Positions 37,790-52,060 of a stretch of DNA of 64,000 nucleotides are shown piece by piece. The position numbers and the translations under genes are program-made. The first letter of the stretch is position 1, and the number at the start of each line of letters is the position of its first letter. Below the pieces are notes generated by a model that saw nothing but the letters and a program-made list of their open reading frames with translations, was not told the DNA's origin and ran no database searches. Origin of the DNA: Trichoplax adhaerens (Eukaryota > Animalia > Placozoa); contig NW_002060944.1 in the NCBI RefSeq assembly GCF_000150275.1, positions 9,200,159 through 9,264,158 of the forward strand, written 5' to 3'.

Positions 37790-40700
37790 TCAAATATCGC
37801 TAACGGAACCTTTCTTGCTTCCAGAGCCATTCGATATGGTAGGAGAAGGAGACTATATATCACATGAAGAGAAGTTAGAGATCGATCTCATTCCATATAG
37901 GTAGAAAATGAATTTGAATGAATAGATAGAAAGAAATATAATAGCAGTCATGTAGTAAAACAGGATAAAATCGATTCGTTAAGAAGACTTACGATAATTT
38001 CAGTCAATCGACGTGGAATATGCAATCTATATCCACGATATTCGCCAAGAAAACAACCAGCTTTAGGCGAAGCAGCAATCGCTGTTACTGTTTCTCCAAC
38101 ACGAATTACTTTCCAAGGTAAATCGTCTATAGTACAGGTTTAAAGAAATGGAAATTAGAGGGATAGCAATTTCGTGATATTACGCATGGAAAATTGAAAT
38201 TTCTTTCTAGCGCGAGTGATTTATCGTCATAGCATTTACCATGTCGGAAAGGCTGTCTCATTATTCTTGTTTGAGGAAACTCTATTCTAGAGTTGCCAAT
38301 AACAGCATAAGGCCTAGATTGAGGTATACTCGGTGGTGTAGCCTAGAATGACATAATTAAAGAAGAATTTATAAATAGGATACATTGTTGCTAGATGAAA
38401 CTTAAAAGTTCCAAAAATATAGTTAGGATTAAAATTTCCTGTTCAAAATAGGCTCTTACCATGGAATAAAATAAAATTTGACTATATACCAATAACGATT
38501 TATAAATGCTATTCTAGGAATAGTGGACACTTACCGCGTTGAAACCATATAATTCACAAGTTTTCTGGATAACATCTTCATCACATATTACCACATTGCC
38601 ATTCGGTGTAGTAGGAGAATTTGGTACAGGATGGCGAGTATTATCTCCGTCACTATTAGAAGAACAGCATTGAAATAGTTTCATGATTGATTAAAATTGT
38701 CACAAAATGGGAAGTTATATCCATAATAAGCACCGAATAACTTAAAAATAATATCGAAAGTATTTCATCAATCTACCTAAGTGATGATTGCCTTGTCTTC
38801 GATTTCGAATTATTAAGAAGACTTCTCCGAGATTTATTTCTCATCTCTTGGCTACTTTTCATCTTCTTATATGCTTTTCTGCAAATGTACATCCTTACTA
38901 ACGCTTGGATAATGACTGTGGCTTGCTCACGTAAGATATTTCTCATGTATTCCAAGTATTGCATTGCATCTTCACTATAAAATGCAATAAATATACAAGT
39001 TTAAATTTACACCTAAAAATGGCATTGTTGCCAACACCTTTCTTTCTTTTAACGACCTAATAGTGGCGTAATATCATATTTAAAACTGTCCCTTTTTTTT
39101 CCCCAAAAGTATTACTCAAATTTTATTAATTATAGTAATAATGTGGATGTACCTCAGAAAAACGAAGTTATCGCCAACGGCCCAGTTTACATTTTCACTG
39201 GATAGCTTTGATTGATCCAGTCTCTCAAGGAAAATATTTAAAATTGCTTCACATAAATGTCTCGAATTTTCAACACCTCCATCGGGATTATTGGAACAGA
39301 AGCATCGATAGCTGCGGAAGTAGAACAAGAATATTGTTAATTACGATATCAATTAATAATATCATGTTGCTAATCATCATAGCTGCATTACCGGCTAATG
39401 AACGTTAGTAGTGGCAATTGATATGGCAGACCTGTAATCATGATTAAAGTAACAATGAAATAAGGATGGATAGATCAGGATCCAAGGAGAAAAATCAAAG
39501 TATGATGATAATACCTGATGTCATTAAATTTAATGTTTCTAGTACTTCCAAAGCACGCAATTGTCGAGCCACAGTGACTCGATCAAATACGTTAGGAACT
39601 TCATTGGTATTCGTCTAGAAAGTTTATTGATATTTCCGTACGATTAAAATTAAATCATAGCTAAACGTTTGCGTTAAAGACACAAATTGCGAGCTTTCAT
39701 CATACAAATTAGGATTAAATTTTATGTTCGTCCGAAAAGGTAATAACTGATATATTAAGATATATATGAGTTATAGCTAACTATTTATATTAAAGCTAAT
39801 TTGAGAGCTTTCATTACAAAATTAGAACTATCCTTTAACATCAGTCTAAAAAGATAATATACGTTTATATACAGAAAATTAAGTAATAGCTAAGTAATCT
39901 ATTAAGGTTAGAATTTACCAGTGTTCATCATAAAACTACGACTATATTTTAAGATCAATATCAAGGCAATAGTCAATCTATATGTAAAAGTTGAGTTATA
40001 CCGGAACATTTGTATTTACGTTGAAATTTATTAGCTATCATAGCAAGTTAGAACAAATTTGTCCTAGCTGATAATTAAAATTATGATTAAGGATTACTTA
40101 CTCTAATACATCTGATAAAGTAAGAATCAGCTTCAGCTGCCATTTTTAATAAATTATCAATCTGCAACTGTTATAAGTAAACCAAAAGATTAATTTAATA
40201 TCAATGAAATACGCATATATTAATATTCGTATAAAGCTGCTCTTAGACTTTTTAGACATCTAAGTCTGTACCTGGAAATCTTGTAGGAAAGTTCTTCGAT
40301 AATCGGTAGTATCATTGCTATCAGAAGAACTCGAAGTTATTCTATGTGAATTTGCTGGAAGGCCTCCATTTCCTATATAGTTTGATAGAACAAATTGTGA
40401 CCAAGGTTATCTATTCTCAATGACTTACTGACATAAAGTACGAAAATTGCCAAGATGGCACCAATTCAAGTTATTAAGCAAAATCTTTCCGTACCTCTAC
40501 TTGATCTTAGGTCTTGCGAAAACAGATGCGTTAAAAAGTCAAATGAACAATTCTAACACAAAAACAGCACGGAAAGTATAATTATTAACGGCCGCTATAT
40601 TATATCGTCTTCGCTATAACGAGAAGTATCAGTATAAATTGCTTCAGGATATTAATTAAAACCTACTTGTGATCGAAAGATGGAAATAACATCATCACTG

Positions 40701-43700
40701 ATGATATCTCTGTTGGACGTTATAAGATCAGAGGAATCATATAAAACCTAATATCCATTGATAGATTGAATTAGTACGGTATTGAAGGTAGTTAAAATAA
40801 TGTATTTTACATCAGTAATTTAGAGGCAAGAATAAGGCTAAGGATGAAAATATAACATAGGAACAGTAGCTTACATCACCATGGTGATGTATGATACCAA
40901 ATTCTGAGTCCGATTGCTTGGAAAACCTAAAAATATTATCCGAAATATCATCTTTAATCCATTTAAAAATCTTAATGGTTAAGTACTATGTCAGTCTGTC
41001 CTTCTAAAAATACACGCTTACATTAATTTAAGTTGATTATAGTACTAACCAGCAATTATCGTCATGTTCGGCTTTAATTTTGTTTATGAATGTTTCCGTG
41101 TCCCCTCTAAGAAATAAAATTTGGTTATTATATTAATTTGAGACATAAGTAAATTTTAAATCAGTGTTAATGTTGTGATCAGAATGACCATTGAATATTC
41201 AGACTACCTAGGATTGAGGCATTCCTGATTCAAAATGGACAAGATGCCAATCTATTAATAAATTTATAAGGAAAATGATTTAGTAGAACGATAGGCATAT
41301 AGGAAAAGATAGCGCTAAAAAGAAAGGGCTAAAATAGCGTACTGGGCTTATTAATAATTCAATGCAGGGCGTATTGTTGACGTAGCCGAGGTCAATTTCC
41401 ATTCCAATATCGTTTCTACATCAATTTGAAGAAAGTTATCAAATCGTTGTTGCATTTACTAAAACGATTAGCAATGTCTTCCATCCTACCTGAAGGCATC
41501 GGCAGTGCTTTCAAAAAGATGAGTATTATAAAAGTGTTGAATTGTTTCTGAGCAAAAGTTGATGCAAAGTTGTTCAAGTCTATTGGTCTGTAACCGACAG
41601 TAATTGATATGCACGAATAATTAGTCTATCAAGGCATTTCGACATTATCTATTTGAAGAGTTATCCCGCTGAATTGCAAAATCCTTACGTTAGTAATTTC
41701 AAATCCATACATGTCCAAAATTCCTAGTGATCCAGTACAACCTTTCAGAAGATTTGATTGCTTCTTCAGGTCTGTACTCGCTGTTCATGGAATCAATACG
41801 AGCTATGTTAGCTATCCTAGTTAAAACAAGCGAAAATACATCTAGACTTACGAAATCGTTTAAAATGCGAATGTTCATTCGGGTTCTTATTCGACTCTGA
41901 AGCATCTTTGGGCTCTGTAGAGCTAACTGACGAACCAGCGCTGTCCGATGATAATGAAGAAGCATTTTTGGTTTGGGTTGCATGGCCTCGTAGCAGTAAA
42001 TTAACTCGTCTTATAATGGCTGACAACATTCTTGCATATAATGTCATAGCCAATGCATTACAGGCTGCTTTTGACTAGTAAATAAAATTAAATTCTCTTA
42101 TTAGTATCTTAAGGACTGCAAGAACTTGTAGAATCAGCTAAAGGCCATTTTTCAAGGGAAGAACTACTCAATGTAGATTATACGTACAACTTCTGGCGTA
42201 TTTAATGAACGAACTGGTTGGCCTCGTATAAGTTTAGTTCTTGTAGTTAAACATCGAAATAAAGAAATGCCTGAAACTCCCAAATTTCTCGCGGCTGATT
42301 TAACTTCCGTAGACGACCCTTTTTCACAAAAATGAAAGTGAGAAAATGATATTATTTCATGTTTAGCCAAGGTGTTTATTACCATCGCTTTGAAATGTGA
42401 TTGTTAAGTAATCCTTAGTGCTAAGGTAGCATTGGTGGATTGTTATATTATAGTACAGTAATTTACTGTAGGGTTAAAAGTTATTTTTACCATTACTACC
42501 AGATGATTTATGATCCTTTTCATCTGGGTCAGAAAATTGGACGTTGCCAAGGAGGAGAATAGCAGCTAAGATATGAACCACATCAGTAAACTTTATTCCC
42601 AATAATGACAAAGCAGCCTAATGGTAGCAATAAAAATATTTTATTATATGATCGTAGAGAATTTATATGATAAAATATTGCATAAAAATAGAAGGAAGAA
42701 GTAATTTAAAGCTGTTATAGGCATAAAGATCAAAATAGGAGTATAAGGGATCACGGTTACCTTCCATTTATTAAAGGCTAATTTATTTGGATTCAACTCC
42801 TCAAAATCCTTCGATGACAAATAAGCTAAATTTCGCGTTGTATAGCCTTGTAAATAAAATTTTACTACAGATAGAAAATTGAAAAGATGGAGAATACTCA
42901 AAATGAAAGCGTTCTTATTATTAACCACTTCATGTAACTTTAAGCAAACTAAAATAGCCAAAAGCATTAATCATTTTCCATTAATTCTTAAATGCTTACC
43001 TTTCTCTTCCTGAGATAATCCTGACAGCAAATGATAAAATATATGATAATTTCCTTCGCCTTTCAAGGTTGCAGTTATGCGTGTCTTCCAAGAGAGATTA
43101 AAAAATGAGTTCAACTTTCATTATATTAAAAAGCGTTGAATAAAATTGATATTGGCGTGTGATATTTTTAGTCAACGTTACAATTTTTAGCCTGGAAAAT
43201 TGGAATATATTCCCTAACCTGATCCAACGAAACATAGGTCAGTTTTCCACTGACAATTAGTCCTTCCGAAAATGCAATTTCAGTAAAGTAGCCCTATGTT
43301 ACCAGATAGACAAATTACAATTTAATAAGGTTAGAAATTGAAATGAAATAAGGATGATAATTGTACTCACAACTCGACTTGAGTCCAAATTTGTATCAAC
43401 TTTAGCTGTAGTTAACGGAGCTAAGGCGGTAATTGCCGCTGCAACGTTCTTTTCAAATTATAAAGGAAATAAATGTTTTAGAAAATTAGGAAAATCGAGT
43501 ATTAAAATTGCCATCATGACAGTAAATTGCTATCATACTTTGTACATTTCGCTGGATAAACCTCCACCAACGTGCTCGAAAAACATCTTGGTCATTAATC
43601 TTGAGGTAAATGTTTTACCACTGCCACTTTCGCCACTTCAATTGATGAAAAGAAATTTGTTATGATCACATACACGCTCTTACATCGGTAAACGTACCAA

Positions 43701-46700
43701 TATAGAAATAAATAATTTTATCAAATACTATGTGATATAAGATCTACTGAAGGCATATTAAAATTTCACAAAATTTCTACTATTGCATCAACCCATTTGA
43801 TATGCTTACTAACTACTCTAATGAAATTTAGAAGTATTGCAATCGTATCTAGTTTATACTAATGTAGGTAACTAAAATTATAGCAATATTACCTAAGAAT
43901 AATAACTTGGGGCCGTTTTGTTTCTTGTAATCGACGACTCGCTTCATAAATAATATTTAATAAGTAGGGATAATCTTTACTAACAGGCGAATCTGAAGTT
44001 AACCAATGTAAATCACGTCCATTTTTCCAGTAGCCGTTTAAGGCAATTAAGACTGGTCCTATCCGACACTAATCGATTGATGAAAGAAATAAAGAAGTAG
44101 GTCAATTTCGAGACGATCAGATAGGCATTATTTGTATCAAGCCTGGCTGGTAAATTTAACGATAAGGGCTTTGCTTTAGAGGCTCTACAGCTACTTACAT
44201 GTAATTCTTTTGCTTTCAGCCTCATATGAAGCATTTTGATTACCGCATCTTCCGTGTGAGGTCCTGGCATATGTATTAAGTCATCTACCAGCGATTTGGT
44301 TTGCTCATTTTGGTCTATAATTATAAAATTTAGAGTATCCTTTTATTTTCTGTATTTTTATAGATATAGAAATAACCAAGAAAGTTCTCGATATCACCAT
44401 TAAACAACATGTTTGCTTTCTTAAAGACTCAAATGATATAAAAGATGAAGTTCGCGACAGATTTATGAAATACGAACCTGTTACCGATGTTTCCCAGTTA
44501 TATTCAGCATTATAATCAACCACTAACGATTTAATCGATGATATCATTTCTTCAATACTATTTAATTCCTTGAAAATTGTTGTACATTCCGTTTCTGAAG
44601 CTGAAGAAAAGAATCAAGGTATGGTAAGTTTATTAAGAGGTATTTCAGCGCAGCTAATGAAATTGATAAATAGCGAAGGCGATTTGAAAAAAATTTAACA
44701 GTTTTACAGCGATGATCTAGAGTAAAGTTATAACTGTAGCAGTTACACATCCATAATTTTACTTCGTGAATAGTCTACATCCTTAAAGTTGGGCAACAAA
44801 ATATAACTGTATCTTGGTAGAAGTTGTTAAAAGTTGCGGTTTTTCTAACCGCAATAAAAAGTGAGGCACCAGTAAATATTCAATTCCGTACATAAATATT
44901 CCATTCACTATAATCAGTCAATCTGAAGACCAGTATACTTTTCTATTTTTCAGTTCTTAAACTTGCATAAATGTATGGATTAAATCTTATTAAATGTCCT
45001 TCAGCATTATTCACAAAAATAATTATGGATAATAAATAACATTTGATAGATGTCCTTGCATCCCATATTGTCATCGTTGAAAATTTGTCTACAACTATTA
45101 CTACTTTTAACAGTGGAAACTGATTCACCGATGCTTTATTTTTATTTTTATTGATTAATGTATAATTTGAATTTTCGGCAATTTCAAAGTCTAATAATTC
45201 TATGATTAGTCGAGTAATTTTAAAATAAACGATGTAAAACACAACTTGCGGTAATAATATAACAATTAGCAACAAAAACTTTATTTGAATTCTTTGGATC
45301 TCAAAATGTTACATCTTAAAAAATTGTGTGCATCCTTTATAAATTGTTGACAGTGATGAATGATTTATTAATATCTAATTTGTGTCATAAAGTCATTTTA
45401 AACTATCGATAATTCTATGAACAGTGGATTAGTCTCAGAATAAACTCCATAAACCGGAACTATTTTTGCAATAGCAGTCAGTCCATTATCTGCCCTGTGG
45501 GTCTTTTCGATTAGAATCAATTTTAAGACATGTAGATTATTTACCGTAACTGTTAGACAGATATTGGACTATATTGGTTAGCGATTGGATATATCTGACG
45601 GATAATCCCAAGCCTAGATACATTGACCCTAATTTCGAATATACTAATGTGTGAAGAAATATTGAATTTCTTGTCGATGCTTCCTGTATAGTATCTATTA
45701 CGCAAAAAGATGCTAATAACGTTTTAATTCTTACTTTATCTCAACTAATGGTGTAAGTTGAGCTTCTAAGAAAAATTAAAATACTGATATAGTATAGAAT
45801 CTTGACTTTATTGCATCCAAGTGTAATCTTTATCATTATATTCTATTTTCACAGCACAGTGCTAGCGCCTATCTCGCAATTTACGGATCAAAACTATTGG
45901 CCTCGTTAAGCACCATCGTTAAGTTTAGATCATTACGATTAAAAAATTATCATCAGTATATTAAATCAGTTTCAAATTGAGGACAGCCTACTATGTGCCT
46001 GCTTACAGTATCTAGAGTTACGTCAATTACAATGTTTTATAGAGGCTTTAACCGCCAAGTTGTAGAATAATCTATCATTAGTGATTTCAGTATAATCATG
46101 TCATTCTACAGTATATCATAGACCATCTATTCATTATCAATAAAGAAGCAAACTCTTCCGATCGACTCAATTTAGCGAATACGATTTTGTAATCAAATGG
46201 TATTAGCTATCGCATTAGAAATTAAAGTTCTACATCTTTGACTTATTATAATTTATTGTAGATGAATGAAGAGGCTTGCTTTTAATACATGGATAGACAG
46301 AGTAAGGATTGAATTAATCCCCTAAAACGCGACTTATGTACGTGATGATAAGCAGCATTGCTTGAAAAATTTAGCCTTCACGGTATCAGGAAATAGCTTG
46401 AAAGTAATATTTAGTCGTTCTACTCTTACTACATTCTTCAGCTAAAAAATGGCAGAGAACCGTGACTACTTTGCCATCGATACTTGGATAAAAACTCCAT
46501 TGCCGGCATACGTCATGTCTATCAACGAAGGAATACTATTGAATATAAAGTACGTAACAAATATCTTGGAAGCACACTGTATTCGGTATTTCTGCTCTTT
46601 ACTACTTTCCATCACGATTAACGAATAAAGCAACGAAAGAATACTATTAAGTGCGTGATGGATGTCTCGCAAGCTTTTCCGGCCTCGATAAAGAAATCAC

Positions 46701-48196
46701 GAAAGACGTTTGATCTACGCATATTATATTTGATCAAGTCCAACATCTAGCAAATGAACGATGAAATTTTGAAACGATTTGTAGTAGCTCTACAATTGGA
46801 TTTATTGAAATTCTACTAGAAAGAGAGGAAGAAATCAAAATCTATTTCTATCCCTCGCCATTTTACACTCTGTAATGGCTACTGGTGTCAAGCAAATTAA
46901 AAAATGTTGATAAGATTAATAAATGAATGATTTATCTTCTATTCTGTCAAAACTTAATTACATCAAATTTGATCTGAAAGAATGGATAGATAGAGTTTAC
47001 CTTGAGATACTATTATTATTTTGATGAGGCTGCCGTATGTGGCAGTTGGCACAACAGGAAACTACGTTCAAATCAATTAACTAAACTGTATGGGGTAAGG
47101 TGATAGACTGCAGAGTTTAAGACCTCCTGTTAGCCATGATGAACAAAGAGCGACAAATACATGGCGATTTCATGGCAAAATGAAGAAATATTATAATAAA
47201 GAACTGTCGAATTGAGTCATAATAACGGCGATCAACTGCTATGATTGAATTAAGTTTTTTGTAAGACTTTTGATCGAAAATTTAAATGTCTTATTTCTAG
47301 ACTCCATTTTGTTAAGTAAACAATCTTGTCATCCAATTGCTACGTAGGTTAATAAAAGTATAAGGGCAAAGTCTCGATTCTATGGAAATTTCTAACGCTA
47401 AGTTGAAAAAACGCTGGATATAATCAAAATCAAACATTAAAATAAGGGGAAAACACAGTGATAGGAAAGAAGAAGCGTTTAAAATAGACTCTTCTAAAAC
47501 TCTTTCTATCATGTCGATCAAGATTGCGGTAGTTTGTTTTAGTCAATGTTATGATAAATTGCATTGATGATGACATCAAAATTCAATATGGTCAATAATA
47601 AAGAAGGTTGTAAGGCCACCTACGATCAATGTTGGGGTGTTATGACTGATAATCTTACCAGTTGCTTCGTCAGAAGATGCTCCTCCATTAAGACGTAGTT
47701 TTTCCTTGCATTCGTCTTGTAATTTTGCAAATTTCTTGCGTAAAATTACCAATTGATGAATTAAATTGACGATATCGCTACCGTTATTAACCGTTATTAA
47801 GTCATTATTCTCATGATGTGAATCCGATGGACGTCCATGATTTGTTGTATGATTGGGTAGGGAATCTTTGGTAGAGCGACGATTAAGATTGATAATTTCA
47901 TGATGAGAAGATGATTTTTGTCGCTTTGTTGAATTAGAATTAGATGGAGTATTATTTTCCCGGTCTGGTGATTCTTGTTGACGTCTATTTTCTATCCTTT
48001 TCTGACGCGAATTTCCATCATGACGATGATTAACTATCGGTGTCGTATCACCATGGGGGTGATGTCCATTTTCTTGATAGCTTTTACTACGGCTGCCATG
48101 ATGATTAGCATTACTTGTAGGACTATTGACATTACCTACGGTAGTGTGTTGGGCGTTGGTTTGTTGTCGACTTTTAACAGCTTGAAGACTCGCCAT
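37790..48196 (-). CDS. dachs: Dachs-type unconventional myosin (class XX)
   Basis: DDLIHMPGPHTEDAV (~44200-44300); P-loop LSGESGSGKT (~43615-43640); variant switch I LAPLTTAKVDTNLDSSRVG; GNYHIFYHLLSG; long insert before switch II GILDMYGFE (~41690-41730); one IQ motif ATVIIQALVRMYICRK. Dachs-type tail CDEDVIQKTCELYG|ATPPSIPQSRPYAVIGNSRIEFPQTRIMR|..VGETVTAIAASPKAG..LHIP. First coding exon 47658-48196 joins in phase. Confidence 0.88.
39688..40000. repeat. Degenerate ~115-bp tandem repeat, about 3 copies, in a dachs intron
   Basis: gagctttcat(c/t)a..aaattag..aaaa..taata..agt(t/a)atagctaa at ~39691, ~39806 and more weakly ~39921. Confidence 0.55.
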
Positions 48197-51100
48197 ATTT
48201 TTTAAATTATAGATTCTATAGTTTAGTAAAGGTGGATAATTAAATTTAATGAATTTTGATTACCGATGGTCTCATTTCTTTTTCTATTGCAGTTGTCCTC
48301 AACCTTAATCTATAGAACAATATCGTGGATATTAATAGATGAAATGGATCCCAAAATGATACGAAATAAAACCAATAATATTATTCTTGATCGATGTTAA
48401 AACGATGAAGTTCAAGAGTGGAAAATACACCAAATCGGTTAGATCAACGTAATTAATCGTTTTTTCTCCTGCCCCCTTTTCCTCTCTATAAATTGATAGT
48501 TATTAACTTGCTCAACCTTGATCAATATGTTGACTCTAGACTACGGCAATCATGAATCATTCAGTTGAAATTTAGCGTTTCCTTGTTAACTAAACAATCA
48601 ACATCTAATCTAAATCGATTAATTATTTCCTCGATGGCGATAACCAAAACATCACTACCACCATATTATTGCATCATGGACGATGGCTCTAAGTCGATAA
48701 TGGATTCGATAGGAGAATAGATCACACTAGCTTCCAACTAGATTGTATCGTTAGTCTTGATCAATCGATGAAAAAATAACAAGCCTTTAGTTCTAATGTA
48801 TTATTCATGTGTTGTATTTGGCTTGGATGCAGTGATCACTGTTGAATATTAATTACTTTTTGTCTCCGCCTCAAAGTTCCAGGAAATCACAGTAGTAAAG
48901 TGTCGAGTGTATCAATGCAAAGGATAGCAAATTGTATCGTGATAGTCGGACATCGCGGCAATTCGGCATGGACGGAAATGATTACTTTACAGCACAATCA
49001 GGATATTGTATGCAAGTGTTTGGTATAGAGAATTACTCGAGTAGACACCGATGCATTTTAGTTTTAGTATAATATCCTCCCTGGTGTTCTATAGACGGAG
49101 AAACACGCTAAGAGTTTATGCAACATAGGCTTCTTCTCCTTGTCTGGTTGTCCAGTCCGCCATAGATGTCGAAGTGCAATCGAGATGATGGTATACTAAT
49201 TCCGTGACTAGATAAGATTAGTAATCCTCATGAAAGGAAATCTTTCTTCCTAGACGTAGAAAAATGATCTAGGGAGGATTAGATGGGATAAAAAAGGTTA
49301 AAATAAGTACTGATAGGCCTATATGAATGATACAAATGGATCAACAATTTCAACGTAGCAAAGCAAAATAGTCTATAGAATATGCAAATAGGCAACGACC
49401 TCAGTGTTTACTTACAATTATTGATTCTTGTTAGCTTCGGTTGAAATTCAGACCTTATTTTATCAACCGTAGAAAATAGCTTATTGACGCTTATAAACAC
49501 GGTGTCATAGCCTTGGAGACATAAAATTCGCTTTTATCAAACTGACTCTTATTAGGAGCTAGGAGTATTCATGTTGGACTACAACTTTGATTTTAGAAGA
49601 TCTATGTCCTTCTCAAATACGCTCGTTCCAATTGATGGATTAATATCTTGCTCGTTAGTATTTATTTTAAAGTATGCGGTTTGTATGTGTATTTAGACCC
49701 TTTTAGCTTGTGTACTCAATAGCAAGAAAGCCCCGGAACATTGTTAACTTGTAAAGACTACGAACAAATTCATTGGCAGTTCGTCCGATAACAAGCTATA
49801 AAAGGGTACCATATCCTTTCTAATGGCAGAAAATAGTAATTTTGATCCAATACGAATGCAGATTATTGCCGACGGTATCTGCAGTTCCAATTTTAAAATG
49901 AAATGAATATGTAGGGGTAATTTGAGTGGCGACATTATTTCTGTAAAATAAGATCTGGTGATGCTGTATTATTAATTATACCTAATTAACTTAATAATCA
50001 TTCAAAAGAAAATTTTCTTATCAGGTCATCATATCAAGAAGTCATGACTATGATCATGATTATTATTCATATATTATAGCAATAGGAAAGGTACTAAGCT
50101 CTACGACAGATATCGTCTCGTATAGATACCGTAAAGTTTTAGGAACTTCCTACTGTGAGATTTAACTCTACATCCTTGCTCCGCATTGGTCTACAGTTTG
50201 ATATTAATCTACAATTGGATGATGTAGAATGATTGACAACATGCTCCTTTTAGCCGCAAATACATTCTATACTTATATTAAAAGTAGAGTACCGTAATTT
50301 ACTTCTTTCTTTCCATCTGAATTACATCTTGTAGTCTATTTTACAATGAATAATAACCTCGCTGATCCATCGCGTTAATTACTTTACATATTCGCTTATG
50401 ATTACAACTATTCTGTAAAGCCATGATAACACCTATGGACAGGAAGATTTGATGTATCCTATCGATCGACAATGATTAATATTAGTTTATTCATGGGTTC
50501 ATTTTGGCCTTCCATGATCTAATTCATTATCAGTTATTCTTAGCCATCCTCGCGTTATTTAGCGTATTTCATCGTGCGCATTACAAGGCAAAACAACACG
50601 CTAGCATTGTATATATATATCTTGCGATATAAGACGCTACTTTTCTTTCTACTTAATAAAAGTAATACTAAATAGATTGGTGTTTATCCAGTTATACGAG
50701 AGATTAGGCCGATATTACGTATAGCTAGATGACGCTATAGCGATAATTAAAAATGGCAAAATAATGAGTAAAGTTGTCAACATCAAATGAAGCAATAATT
50801 TATATTGTTCCGCTAATGTATTGAATAATTTACATTTAATACTATCATTCTTAATTTAACTTGATAATAAATAATCTTTATGTTTTCTTTTGATGATAAA
50901 ATACAATACAAATCAAGAGTCGTCTAGTTGTACAGCCATCGACTATTGTCTTCGTCTCTCCACTTGTAATTTTATTTTAACAGAATAACAATAAAATGAC
51001 AAAGCCATTACAATATGTGTGGCATCGTTGCTAGTTTGTAAACCATCTGCGGAATGATGTTGTCATGTAGGCTGTATCCCACGCCAAGAGGAAATGGCCA

Positions 51101-51499
51101 AATAAATAATAATCCACTGTCTGCATTAGTGTATTAATGAATAAAAATAGAAAAAAATAAAAGATTGTCAATTAAAATACTACCATGTCTCGGTAGATCG
51201 CTTACGCGCGAAATACTTTCAATGATTTAGTAAAAATGTTCTATTTAAAATGAATATAGACTATACAATATATCAATAATTTAATGCTTTTGATTCAGGA
51301 CTAATCATGATAAAAGGAATCGATTTTTACCTTTAAGATAATATAGGCTTGATTATTCGATAGTCCGTTCTGGTGGGTTGACATTTGTTTCTATATGCTT
51401 TTAAGGATGATATTCAAGGTAAACTTGAATATGATAAAATATCATGTAGGTATTAGAAGTGCTATTAAACTAACAGAATGGCTCTATTGAGTAATAATA

Positions 51500-52060
51500 G
51501 GATTCAATCTATTGACTTGAAGAATTTATCGGTCGAATTAACTAGTCTTAAAGGCAGATTAAAATATCATGGATCACTGATACATAGAGGTATGATGAAT
51601 AAAACACTATTGAGACTTGCATGAAGCAATCCGCTATTGAGTAACAATGGAATTTAGTTTGTTCATCTGTTTACTCCGATATTCCAACGTCTAATTTATC
51701 ATTTTGTAGTTAACTATTATGCAAGGCAGATAGTAATGTGATGAATCATCGATGTACAGCATATCTCGCAATAGGCAAAATTGAAATTAATTGCAAAGTC
51801 TATCCAGAAATAAGCCCTGGCCAGTTTATTAATTGGCTTGAATAATTTATCGATCCAATTGACTACCAGTCTTTACTTAAGATAGAATGTGATGTCATGA
51901 AGCGCTAAAAAGACGTTATAATGCTCACTATTAATACTGTCGGTATTGCTTAGCTCTTTCAAGTTATGATAGAACTCAATCAGAAAATACTTTACTTCAA
52001 TTTTTTGTCGATTTAATTTACTATTACTCAAAGCAGATTATAATGTTATTAATCATCAAT
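51500..52060. repeat. Degenerate ~150-170-bp tandem repeat between dachs and CCP110
   Basis: aaggcagat..aat..cat/gat..atca at ~51551, 51723, 51879 and 52030; ttg(a/g)cttgaa(g/t)aatttatcg..aatt(a/g)acta at ~51512 and 51833. Confidence 0.5.
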
